A DNA stretch of 64,000 nt from Thalia democratica (taxonomy: Eukaryota), in assembly GCA_965202585.1 (NCBI GenBank), contig OZ241832.1:29946001-30010000 (forward strand). Reading direction: 5' to 3'. Positions 14,884 through 27,246 of this stretch are shown in pieces (the first letter of the stretch is position 1; each line of letters opens with the position of its first letter). The position numbers and the translations under genes are program-made. The notes beneath the pieces were generated by a model. That model was given only the letters and a program-made list of their open reading frames with translations. It was not told the DNA's origin and searched no databases.

Positions 14884-16141
14884 CTGTAAAAATGTTGAAA
14901 TTGTTAGCATATGAAAAACTAAAAGTATTTTGTTAGAAAGCTTTTTGTCTCAAATAATTTTGAGTAAGTTTCTGTAACTTTTATTTCTTTTTATTTGTAA
15001 AAATTTTATTTGTTTATCTCAATGACAGTCAGTTTTTATAAATTTAAGATATTTTTACCATAATATACTACAACAAACATACAGTTATAAAATATAAAAT
15101 TTAGTAACGATTACTTCCTTAAATTTAACCTAATTTTTGATACAAAATATTGTAACAAACATACTAGTATGACCAAGGTGAAGAACTTCTTTTATTTATA
15201 GGAAGTCTGTAATAACTAGAACCTTGCCATTGTTCCTCAATAAAATAGTTTGAATAAGGACACATTTCACCATCTTTTATGCATATTTCTTCCTTTATAG
15301 AATATTTTACTAGTTTTAAAAGTATAAGTCAAAGTTTTAATATATATATGTAGTTTTTTTTATACTTTTTAGAAAATGTAAGTATTCTAACATTACTTTT
15401 AAATACTTATTAATTTTATGTTTTTCTTATAAAGCATAATTTGTTTTGAATTCAGGTAAAGTATATATATTTTTTCTTTTATTTTCTTCTATTAAAAATA
15501 GAAAAAACTTAAGGTTTTTAAAGAAAACTGTTTATTAAAATGTTTAGTCGTTTCTATATCTAAAGAGTGTTTGAATTATTTATACACTTACTTTTGGTTT
15601 GTAAGTGTTTTGTCTTCTCCTGCTTATTCTTGGTAATCCAGCACTAGTTCTGCAATACAAATTTATTTAAATTTTGTAACTTTTTTATGAACATTCAAAA
15701 GTAAGATAACTAGTAATAATATTCTACCTGTTAGATGGATCGCTGTCAACAACTTTGACGGATTCCATTATCAAAAACAACAAGCAGATAGTAGTTATGA
15801 CGAGTTTCTGAAAGAAAAAATCATTTTACATCAAATTGAGTAAATGATAGGAATCATATGATAAAAAACGTAGTTATTAATTATTTTATAGTTTATATGC
15901 TCAAAGCACTAATATTTTAATAACAAGCTCTGAAGCGTTATTCAGTTTTGTCAGCTATCGATGCATTGTCAAGGAATAGGTTGCATGAAACCCGAATTTT
16001 AGAGCTAGTTTCATTAAAAAATAGTTAACTTTAAACCTCTTAATAACATTAAAAAATACAAATAACAACATTTTTAATATTAACCACACGTGGTAAAATT
16101 ATATTTACTTAAAACATTACGTAAAACTTTTAACTGACCAT
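14640..16141 (-). CDS. IL17-like: IL-17-family cystine-knot cytokine, multi-exon secreted protein
   Basis: Hand-built model: ATG 16141-16139 followed by donor GTCAGT (tentative), then exons 15807-15728, 15649-15592, 15292 (or 15309)-15165 and 14883-14640, with compatible phases and GT-AG ends. Protein: MKLVITTICLLFLIMESVKVVDS (signal peptide)...RISRRRQ...NKRSSSPWSYYYDYDYDRIPARILMACCNCRNCVERDG...LNVPVGCTCSVASMS*. This matches the IL-17 signatures NRSxSPW, W-x9-R-x-P-x-x-I-x-x-A-x-C, CxCxxC and VxVGCTC with correct spacing across a splice junction. Confidence 0.85.
15165..15292 (-). CDS. IL17-like: IL-17-like internal exon
   Basis: Encodes EEICIKDGEMCPYSNYFIEEQWQGSSYYRLPINKRSSSPWSY, donor GTATGT at 15164. 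The 5' boundary is either 15292 (AAG acceptor) or 15309 (TAG acceptor, which needs an extra exon). Confidence 0.8.
15592..15649 (-). CDS. IL17-like: IL-17-like internal exon (basic propeptide-like segment)
   Basis: Acceptor TTGCAG, donor GTAAGT. The only open frame is (R)TSAGLPRISRRRQNTYKPK and it is phase-compatible with the upstream exon. Confidence 0.7.
15728..15807 (-). CDS. IL17-like: IL-17-like signal-peptide exon
   Basis: Acceptor TTTCTTTCAG, donor GTAGAA. Encodes KLVITTICLLFLIMESVKVVDSDPSN, a hydrophobic core followed by small residues. Confidence 0.72.
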
Positions 16142-16182
16142 AGTTAACTGTTTTTTGTCTAAGTAGAAGTTTTTCAACAGGT

Positions 16183-16198
16183 GTATATAATTATATAC
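16183..16198 (-). promoter_or_regulatory. Candidate TATA box of the IL-17-like gene
   Basis: Perfect 16-bp palindrome GTATATAATTATATAC about 42 bp upstream of the putative ATG at 16141. Weak evidence in such AT-rich DNA. Confidence 0.3.
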
Positions 16199-16739
16199 TT
16201 TGAAATAAAAAAACCAGTCTTATATACGGTTTTGATTTTTTTTCCTCATGTGTTTTTTTAAAACTTAAAGTTCAAATACTACTTTTGAGCTTTTATTTAG
16301 TCTCTAGTTCACACTAAGTCGTTTAAATAATTAAATAGTTTTTAGTTACGATGATAATAAATTGTTTAATATCATATTTAGAAACTTAGCTTGTTTGCTT
16401 TAATTCAAAACTCCTTTATTTAATAGTGTTGGATGAAAATTAAATAGGTAAACACTACCTATCTGTTTTGCGTGAACAACCTATTGTATTTCAGGAATAA
16501 TAGCATTTCAAAGTTGACGACTGTAAATATTCGCTCCGTTCGCTAACAAATCGAAGTATTTTATGATTAATATGTGTTCAAATGGATTAGGCAAATATAT
16601 AAATTACTTTTGTAAAATGTTTATACAATTAAGGCATTTTGAGTAAAGAGTTTGTATTTAGAAGTAAGTGCGTACCTAAGAAATTGCATAATCAAGTAGG
16701 AAATTACTGTGTTTTAAATTAGTAGGAGTCTAATATTCA

Positions 16740-17420
16740 CGAATGGTCAAATATGCATGAAGACGCTTTTGCGCGAAGAAAATTTTGCAAGAAGGGATAT
16801 TTTTGCACGAATAAATTTTTGCACGGCGTCATTTTTGCTCAAAGGGCCAGATTTGCACAAAAACACTTTTGCATGCGTAAAAAAAAAACTATATTATTTC
16901 TTTACATTTTACTATTTTTTTACTATCACTATCACCCCTAACCCTTATCCTCGGTCGATAACATCTTTTTTGTTTTTTTTTAGTTTTTTTTTATAGTTTA
17001 TTTGTTATAATTTTTCAGCTTTTTTTTGTGATAAATAACTTTTATTGATTTGAGAACAAAAATTTTTTTATCACTGTTAACCCTAACCTTTACCCTGATT
17101 GCTTACTGTTTTTTGTTTGTTTGTTTTTTTATTAGTTTAATTTTTTTCTATACTTTTTTCTAATCTTTGTTTTGATATATTTTTCTGTAGTTTTTAATTT
17201 TTTGTTTTTTATTTTATATTCACATTTACCCCTAACTTTTACCTTCAGTCAGTAACTTTTTAAAATTTTTTTAATCTCGTCCAAAAATGACTCTGCGTGC
17301 AAAAGTGTCTTTGTGCAAAGTGACCCTTCGTGCAAAAGTGACCCTTCGTGCAAAAGAGTCTCTTTGTGCATATTTTACTCTTCGTGCAAAAAAGTTTTTG
17401 TGCATACTTGACCCGTTACC
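16740..17420. mobile_element. Non-autonomous foldback/MITE-like element with long modular inverted arms
   Basis: The left end GGTCAAATATGCA (16745) mirrors the right end TGCATACTTGACC (to 17413). Both arms are tandem 17-19 bp units with a TTTTGCAC / GTGCAAAA core in opposite orientation (e.g. CCTTCGTGCAAAAGTGAC x2). The T-rich interior has CCCTAAC motifs near 16936, 17080 and 17229. No clear TSD. Confidence 0.7.
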
Positions 17421-20400
17421 GTTTTAGGTATTGTAATACAAATATTAAAACTAGAAAAGAAACAAAACTAGAAACTGTTTGTTTTTTTTTAAAGTGTTTA
17501 TTTACAAACAAGAAAAAAATAGTTTATTTCATACTAAAACTTTCTCATTGTTTACATTAATTAATTTTTTAGATATCTTTCCCAATAAAAAGTGTTAAAA
17601 CAAAGTTTTACCGATTTTTTTTAGAATTTTTTTTTGATTATTGTATTACTTAAACAAATACCGAAATAAACTTTGTATATTGGTTTGGTAAACTATAAGT
17701 TTAAGTCATCACAGATTAACAAACTTTTCTTAAGGGGTTACACTTTACATGTCTCATTTACTTAGTTTACTTTGCTAGTTTGTTATAATTGCGTTTAAAA
17801 TAAAGTTTGTTCATGATATTGATATTCATAGTTAAAGCTATTGGGGACTAAAACGTAACTTAAATTATTTTTTTCAAAAAACCGTATTACTTATTTTTAG
17901 TTTAGAAACTTATTTCATATAATACAAACTTAGTTAAAATGAATATTAGTTATATAAATTTAATTTACTCCGTTAAAAAATATAAGTACGTCTGTTATTT
18001 ATTTTGCACTAGCTTGAAAATACTTAATTAAACACGCAGTTTCAAAACAGATATGTATTATATACGTCACTAATTATGATACTTTATAAGTTAATGATGT
18101 TTAAATTTTTAAAAGTATTTATTAACATTAACCCTCGTGGGAAAAATACATTACTTTAAAGTTCATGCAAACTAATTTTCGAAAAGTGATATTTTTTATC
18201 ACAAGTCTTAAAAAGTACTATCAGTCGATTTATTACGGCAATATCAAACTAAGCAAAACAATTACGAAAAAATTTGTTGGAAAGGGCGCAATAAAGAATG
18301 ACTAGTGATTTTTTGTTTGCAGACTTGAAACTTAATAGCACAAAAAATAGTGAAATTTATTCATAACACAATGTGATACAAATAACTTCTATATCACCTC
18401 ATCTTAAGTTCATATTTACCAAGATTAAATTTACTTAGTGACAGTTTTATCTTGGGAAATGTTTTAAATTTTTTTATTCACACAATTTTGTTTTAATAAG
18501 TGTTTACTTTTTGGAAAAAAATGTTATTTAAGAACTAGACCATCTATAATTGAAAATTTAGTTTGTAAACAAATACAACAGTTTCATTTTTAAGAAAAAG
18601 CTTTTCGTAATTCTTATTACTTATTATAAAGCTAATAAAGTTATCGACATTTAGTTTTGTGAAAATGATTTGAGCGAAACTGAAAATATTTTACAAAGTC
18701 AAGTACAGGTGAAAATAAAGTTGTAATTATTAGTTATAAATTAGCTCAACAAAATTTATTGTAATAATTTAATTAAATATTTACAACTATGAAACAATAG
18801 CAGTAATTGTTTATTACTACTTAGATGGGTACTCAAAAGTCTTTTAAAGAGTGCCTAACAATTTAAACATAAGCTATTAGAGAAATGCAGGGGCGTGTCT
18901 AGACTATTTTCAGTGCTTTTGCACTTTGTTTTTATACAGCAGTAGAATATTTTCTGTAGTAGCTTTTAATAATACACTTTTATAGTTTACATAAATGTCT
19001 AAAATCTCTTAGGAACATAAAAATGTTAAAACTTCAAAAAATTAAAAACTACCAGCAAAACAGAATGCAAAACATTAACAAGTAGTCCAGCGGTTCAATT
19101 TTTAATGATTAGTTAAAACAAAAACTTTAGTATTGTTTTTAATGACAATGTAATAATGTTTCTCTACACTGTGAACCTAACATAAATAACTAAATATTTT
19201 ATGCATAAAAAATAAGCAACTAGTTGCAAATAAAAATTAGTAATCACCTTGTCTTAATAATAGAAAACAATATTTAATGATATGTTAATAAATTAATTAG
19301 TTTAACAGTTACAGTTAAAATAGTTTACCTAAAATCTAATTTAAATCAAACACAGATTATAATTTTGAAAATTAACTAATAGCTGAGGCGAAAAATAATT
19401 TTTTTAAATGATTAAAACAAAGTAAAACTACGGTATTTATAGTATTGTAAAAATTGAAAACAATATGTTATAATTCAAAAATTTGCTAAATAAAAAATGA
19501 TTTTCTTCGAGTTTTAAAGTCATTCAAGTTTTTTTTTTGCTGATTTTGAATGAAAAGTTTCTCGGCTTAAATTGTGCAGCTTTGTAATTATAAATTTTTA
19601 GAATTTTTATGCTGTTTATATTTTTTTCTAAAAAAAAATCTTATAAAACTATGTAGTTTTTGACATAGTTCTTTTAAAAATGTAAACTAAACTTTACTTG
19701 ATATAAAAATTCAACATACAGATATGAATTCTTAGTAAAATTTTATAATTAAAAATTAATTTTCATTTTTTTTATAACGTTTATCCCAGTTTTTTCAGGG
19801 GTTGCACAGGAAAGAGAAAACCAGTCTAAACACGTCTCTGGAGGAATGTTAGAAAACTTATGCAAAGTTTGTTATAAGAAATTTAGTTTATTTAATACAG
19901 TGTGGAAAAAGAAAAGTAAACTTTATACAATTGTTAAGGTAAAAAGTTTATTTTAACTTTAATTATTGTTATGAAATTAATAAGTTCACAATATATGTTG
20001 ATAAAGTAAACACTATTTTAGTTGTTTAGTATAAAACATGTTTTCATCTTAAAATATTTTGTAGTTTTTTAGTCGACTTACAATTTAACTTTTTAATTAA
20101 AGCTCAAAACTAAACGTTATTTACAAAGACTCATTATATCAACTGTTGTGGAAAGGAAGACAAACAAATTTGTTCTAAAAAAAATAAAATATAAAACGTA
20201 GTTTGATTAAACTAACATTATGGTAAACTTATGCTATAAAAACAAAAGTATAAATACAGCTTGAATTTTTTACCACAATTTTTCCTAATCCTTTTATAAG
20301 ATATCTATAAAAAACAGAAAAATGCTTGTACTGTATAATAAAGATAGTCTATCAATTAACAAAATAATAACTTTAAAAATAAAAGTTAATTATTTTAGTT

Positions 20401-23400
20401 TGTAGTGTAAATTATGCAAGTTTAGGAAAAGTTTTAGGACAAGATTTTAAGAGAATACTTTTTAATATCTCATTTAGTTTGGTTTTTAAACAATTTTTAT
20501 TTGTGGTTTTTCTGTGTATAACAATTTTTTTATAATCTTTCTCAAAACATTTTCTTAGTTGTTATGTTATATGCTTATTTTGTATCTTTATCACTGTCGT
20601 AAATTTTTTATAATTGTTGTTTAACAATTTTGTTAAATAACCATGGTCAAGTATATATAAAATTGAGTCTAGCTAAAACTAAACTTATTGTTTTACTTAC
20701 TACTTATAAAATTTTATACATATTAATTTGAATGACGCAGGTTTTAAATAGATAAATTGTGTTTAATAAAGTAAGCAGTGAATGTTTTTGATATACTTAC
20801 ATTAAATTTGTTTTTTAAGGTCGAACAAGCAGAAGAAAACTAGCTTAAATAAGCTCGAATATTATACGCGTAGTTTTAAAACAAACTTGCATTTGTGCGT
20901 TAAAAATTTCTAAATTTTTTATTTTGTTGTCTTAAAAACTTTTAAAAGTGCTTTTTATTATAAACTCATACGCGAAAGCAATAATTTTTTATAAAATTCA
21001 TGGCGGCTAAGTTTTAAAAACGAATTTTTTCTCCGAAATCTATCAAAAGATTTAAGTTATTTGTTTTTGTTAAAGGTAAAAGTAAGTTTTCAAACGCATT
21101 TCGTTTAGTATTTGTCTTAAATGATGTTATACATAACTGAAGAGTAATATTTTTATCTGATTGTTTTAAACTAAATAACATGAGAAATAGTGAAAAGTGT
21201 TTATTACACAACGTGATATTAACAACATCTACATGACCTCATCTTAGCTTCATATTTACCTAAATTCAATTTACTTAAATAAACTTATCTCTTTTCAAAA
21301 CTTCACCTATTTCTTACCTACACAAGTTTGTTTAGACAAGTGTTTAATTTTGATAAACAATATACTTAACAATTTATAGTTGAAAGTTTAGTTTGTTATC
21401 AAACATAGACGTATTGTTTTGAAGAGTAAACTTTTCGCAGTTCTAATTACTTGGTAAAAATTCTAAAGTTGTTAGCATTCAGTTTTGTAAAATGACTTAA
21501 TCAAAACTAAAAATGATTTTAACCAATCCAAACAAGGTGATAAAAAAGTATCGTAATTATAAGTAGTTGACCATATCTTAATTTAATATTCACTAAGATT
21601 AAGTTATGATTATATTCTCTATAAAGTAATTAATGTTTATTTTATTTTGATAAGTGTGTTTAATTTAACTAAAAGGTATATAAATAATGTTTTTAATTTC
21701 GAAAATGAACATAATAGTATTGTTTTGAAGTAAAAACTTTCCCAAGTTGATTTAATTTAGTATAAAACTTACATAATTTTTTAAATTTAATTTAGTAAAA
21801 GATGTAAGATCTTCTTCAAACGGAATTAAGCTCTTATACTCGTTAGGTAACGAGATAAAGGTAATTTTTTCATACTTATGATTACGATAAAGTTTAAATA
21901 ACTAATTGCTTGTTTTTTCTAATTATTTTAGCACTAGAAACATAAAAGTAAATATTGAAAATAACAAGTTATAATAAACTTTTAATAAAGGATTTGTTAA
22001 GTTCAAACAACATTTCACAAAGTGATCGAATTCAGAGGGTTTTATAGGCTTTTTACAAACTTTAATCCTGTAAGTTTTATTATAAACAAATGTAGGTATA
22101 CTGATCATTTATATTTATGATAGTAATTTAACTACGTGGTAAAAAAAATACCTATATTTCTTTATCGTACCATGTTTTAAGGTTTACTATTTTTAACTAA
22201 TAACATTCTTATAATTAATAAGTAGCTCATTAGTAGTTGGTCAGATGTGAACCGTTATACACAAACAATTAACTCATGTCTTATTTATTTTGCTAAAATA
22301 ACTAGTGAAAAACAATTTCAATATAAAAACATTATAAAAACTACAAGCTGTTTATCTTAAAACCGTTGAAATATTTGAGTCTATAAACTTTCTGAATTAA
22401 ACAAGGTGCAAATAAAAAATCAATGCACTAAGGGTTTTAGAATATTTATGCGATAAATATAACACCTTACAATTTAATTGTGCTAAAAACTATGATTGTT
22501 TACTTTGCTATTTAAAAACATCAAAATATATTAGATTTTTTAGCTAAGAAACACAATTTTTTTTTAAAGTTCGAATTTTTTATTACAAAGTTCTACCAAA
22601 AGTTAAGGTATAAAGGTGTGTTCGTTTAAAAGTATTTGTCAACTCAAAGCATAAATAGTTTAAACTGTTTTATGTGATATTAGTAGAGAATTTTTTTAAT
22701 GTATATTTTTAACCTAAATCTAAAATAATTAGTTTATAATAATATCAATTCAACATAAAATATAGAGTATGTTACTGGATTAACTATCTTATTTCATTAG
22801 TTAATTTTAATCTTTTAAAATTTTAGTAGTTTGAAAAAGTTTAACAAAAACTGTTTTTTCTTGTTGTTTTCATATTTTTAAATTACTGCCTATTAAAAAT
22901 TATCTTGTTTAATATTTACAACTCTACAAATACATAAATGGGAAGGTAATTTATAGTGTCTGTCATATGCACTATTAATTCATAATGTTTGATTTGTGAC
23001 CCAATAAACATTTTTTATAACAAAAAGAGAAATCTTAGGTCGTAAGTTTTTTAAGATGAAAATATAATACAAAAACTATAACAAGTCTATTAGTGTTCAA
23101 AAATTTTGTTACAACTTACAATCGATCAAATTCGAGTATATACTTATTTTAGTGCAACTTTTGTATAATGAAGCAGTACAGTTTAAAAAAAAAAGTTATT
23201 TTGATAAATAATAAAAGACTTACTACCAGTCGAGATTGGCTGTGCGTTATTGTGTATAAAGATTATAAAAAAGTGGTAATAATAAACTGAAAAAATAGTG
23301 ATAAAATAAATAAATTAAACAGATAGTAAATAAAATTACAAATAAATAAAGTAAATAAAAATTCATTCTGCTTCTCATTTCTTCATCTTCTTCGGTTTCT

Positions 23401-26400
23401 ACTTTAAGTATGTTTAATTACTGAGTTGTTACAAGCATAGACATTTCAAAAATAAGATTACGTGTGATTTTAATAAAATAAAGTTGTTTGTTGTGAGTTT
23501 AACATTAAATATATATTTTTTAATATATTATATATCCATATATATATATATACAAAGTTTTAGTTGATAGTTATTAGTAATTAATAAAAAAAAAATAAGT
23601 ATTTTTAAGTGTTAAGACTTATTTTAATTAAATTAGGCGTTTCTAACGAAAACCAAACTACAAATTACTAAAAAAAATAAGTTAGGTAACAGAAACTCTT
23701 ATACAATTGACTAATTTTGATAGTCGTCCTATTTTGTGGCGTAGTTTTATTTTAGTTTAAAATTTTTGGGTGTTTTCAAAAGCTGTTTGATTTTTTTATA
23801 ATCGATTAATTTTTTTAGTTTCTTTCCCACTACTTATATCAAAGGAGTTTATCAAAAAGAAAACAAAAATATTTTTCAAAATTTATTTATATTACTTAAC
23901 TTTAAATACTTTAAAAAAATGTTTGTTATTATAGAAAAATATGCAATGACAAAAACAAAAGTAAAATACTGCTTTAATAATAAGGTATCAATTTTTTACT
24001 TTAAAATATATCTGTAATTTACAAGCTCAATCGCGTAAGTATGTACTTCAAAATGTTAGCATGTTTCTAGAGCAAATCAAACATTAATAATATGCATATA
24101 TATTCTACAAGTTCTCTGTGATATGTAAGTGTTTTTTGACAAACTTATTTTCTTACTAACGCCTTGTAAATTGTATTTGTCGGTTTCGTTAGCAATAAAT
24201 TACCAACTGAAAAACTCTGATTTTTATCAATGTGAAATTAGATCTAATACCTTGATAAAACTGTTTAGCTTATACTTTAAAGTATCTAGGAAAAAATACC
24301 AAAGTATACCGTTTAATTACCCCTTTCCAAAAAATTGAAAAAAAATCACCTATTAATGATCAGGAACCGGCAAACAAATCTCAGAAAATTATGTAAGTCA
24401 TAGTTCTGCTGTCAAATTTTCAGTTTCAATTTTTACTTTTTATTACAATCTCCACAATATTCGATGTAGAGTTTAATTATCCCGTCAAAAATCCCTTAAA
24501 CCTTTTTCTGATCTTCATTATCCACCCCAGGATATTTAGTGTGATTTAGTTATTGCAACTTTTAAGGTTATTGCCCCAAAAGGTTGTATTATTCCAATTT
24601 TTTATAAGTGTCCATTAATAAATATCTAGTATATGTTGGATATTTACTTGTTAATTTTTTGCTACCTCAGTATTAATGATCAAATACTAAAGAGCAAACC
24701 AAATTTAGGAAAATTGCAACTAAGTAGTATAGTTGCCCAAAAAAGTGCACACTGCACTGCCCATTTAGTTTTTATCCTGAGTTATTGATAGTGTTAAATA
24801 TCGCCTTGTATAGGAAATTTTACTGCTTATTGTCATTTACTGTCAAAAACTTTTAAGTTGCTTTCTCTCTCTGCATATCTTACTAATAATTGTCAACCAA
24901 ATAAACGCTTACCTAGGATTACATGAAGTCCTAAAACATAAAAAAACTTGAAAACTTTTAATTTTTGACTTTTATAGCTGATTCGATTACATGCAGTGCG
25001 TGTGCGAAATTAAAGTCTACAAGAACTTTCTAGTTAATTGTCAAATCCTAATGTCTTCGTTTTATCTAGATTTTGCATAAACTTATACTTACTTGAAAAT
25101 ATCAGTTCAATTAAGTTTTAGTTAAATGTAATTGTAATAAAAAGTATGCTAAAAAACGAATCCGATATTTAGTTTGGAGTATTCAGTAATTTTTAGTTAA
25201 ATAATAGTAAATCTTATTAAAGTTTTGAAACCTCAGTTAATCTTTTAGCTAAAACAAGTATGCAATTTGGTACTAGGTAACAACTACTTAATAAGCAACC
25301 TAACTTACCAAGCGACAATACAATATAGCTCAGCTTAAGCAACATTACAAAGTTGATACTGTAATAATGCTAAAAAAAAAGACTTATTTGCTTTAATATT
25401 ATACGAAGTATTTTCAAACAACTTTAATTAATTTTGTTTTATAAGCTTAGGGAATTATTACAGAACTTGCTAAAATTTCAAAAGTTAAACGCATAAAATT
25501 AAAAATATATTAATAATCACAAGGAAAAATCATGTTATTTAAAACATTTATAACGGTTTTATCAATTACTTTTAATGAACTATTGTTTTATCGGCAAAAT
25601 AATAGAAAAACACAAGCAAGATTAATAACTCTAAATAAATACTAAAGAAAACAAACGAACCATTAACCATTTAAAAAATAGATAGTTTTTAATGATTTAA
25701 ATTTGTAATTAGGTGATTAGGACGACGTTAAGTCGCAGAATGTCAAGAAATGGTGCTTTGATGTTAGTCCGGTTTCTTTTAGTGCTAAACAAATAAAAAC
25801 TCGTTTTAACTTATGTATAGTATAACAAAAATGAGTATATATTTAATACCGATTTTACTGTAAAGTTGAAAAAAGAGTTTTAGGTTCCTTGCTTTTCTGT
25901 AGACAGCAAAACTGTCCATAAATAATTAGCATCAAAATAACATATAAGTAATTCGAATATAAAAATCTTAAACTTAGAATATAATTACGTCAATATATCT
26001 AAAAGACCATCCAATTTAAGTTAATTTGAAATTGGAATATTTTGAGAGAATAGTAAGGGGGCGACAGGTGGTAGCAACAAGTGGCTGACATAAGGTTTTT
26101 TGGGGTTCAGAATGAAGATTAGAAAAAGGCTTTAGGAAAAATTGACGGGAAATTTAAGACTTATAATAAATATAATGAGACTTGTAATGAAAAGTAAAAA
26201 TTAAAGCTGAAAGATTGTATAGTGGTTTGAAACTTACAAAAGGTATTATGCTACTAGCCTTCCAATTTTGGATTATTAAGGGCATATTGTTTCTAATTTG
26301 GAACGGAACGATCTAGAAATGATAGGATATTTTGTATCACAAAGATTAAAGTAAAAGCTATAGTTTTAAAGACAAGTTTATAGAAGTATATGCAGCAATC

Positions 26401-26984
26401 TTAATGTCTGACTAACTAGAGAATGCTAATTGACATTATTTCGTTAACAAAACCAACATAAACAATTTATAAGGCGATTTGTTCAAACAAACTTTTCTAG
26501 AACAAAAAACTGTAGTTTATTCATAAACTATTTGATTACTTAGACTAGTTAAGGAGGTTCTCGAATTACTAAATTCAGTACAGTAAAGTAAAAACTATAG
26601 ATAAACTTTAAAAAACATTAAATATATTAAAATAGTATTTGTTTTACTTTTCACACTTAGTGGTGCTGTACATAGTAAAATAACTTAATAAATTTCTTTT
26701 AATTTCAAAGTTTATTTTTTATTTTTTACACAAAAGAATGCTTGATATTATTGTACTTTCATAAATTTGTTCTTTCTTTATTTTTTTAATTTGATTAAAT
26801 TCTTTAATATTATTCGGTTTCTTCAACCTGTTTTTTAATCTTTAGCGTAGAATATAGCACTAATCAAGTAGTTAACTAGTCTGAACGTATTTTCTTCTAC
26901 ATTTGTTTGATCTTAGACTAAATACTAAAATTATCTTAGACTATATTACAAAAATTTATGCAAATAATTTCAGAAGCAAACATT

Positions 26985-26990
26985 TTTATT
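26985..26990 (-). terminator. Candidate polyadenylation signal of the CAF1-like gene
   Basis: AATAAA on the minus strand about 260 bp downstream of the stop codon at 27247. The motif is common by chance here. Confidence 0.3.
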
Positions 26991-27246
26991 GACATAATAC
27001 AAAAAATTATATGTAAGACGGAACTTATAAGTCAAACAATAACACAAAACACGGAAATAAACTGAAGTAAGAAGTAGCTGAATGTATAAAATTTATAAAT
27101 GTTATGCATATTAAATAAGTTTTAAATACAGCTCATTTACACATCAGTTATTTTCAGAGTATTCTGTAATGACTTATAGAAGATAATGATACTTCTAACT
27201 TAGTATTACGGGTTTCCGATAGCATTGAACTCTTTAGCTCTCTTGT

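Noticed and set aside
14622-14936. Plus-strand ORFs 14622..14936 and 14663..14914
   Set aside because: Antisense shadows of the GC-richer IL-17-like exon, with no recognisable protein features.
16930-17240. CCCTAAC motifs as a telomere remnant or fusion site
   Set aside because: Only isolated single or double units inside a transposon-like element, not a TTAGGG array.
16753-17560. ORFs in the foldback element, and its arms as a possible CRISPR-like array
   Set aside because: The units are contiguous tandem repeats in inverted arms without unique spacers, there are no cas genes, and the context is eukaryotic.
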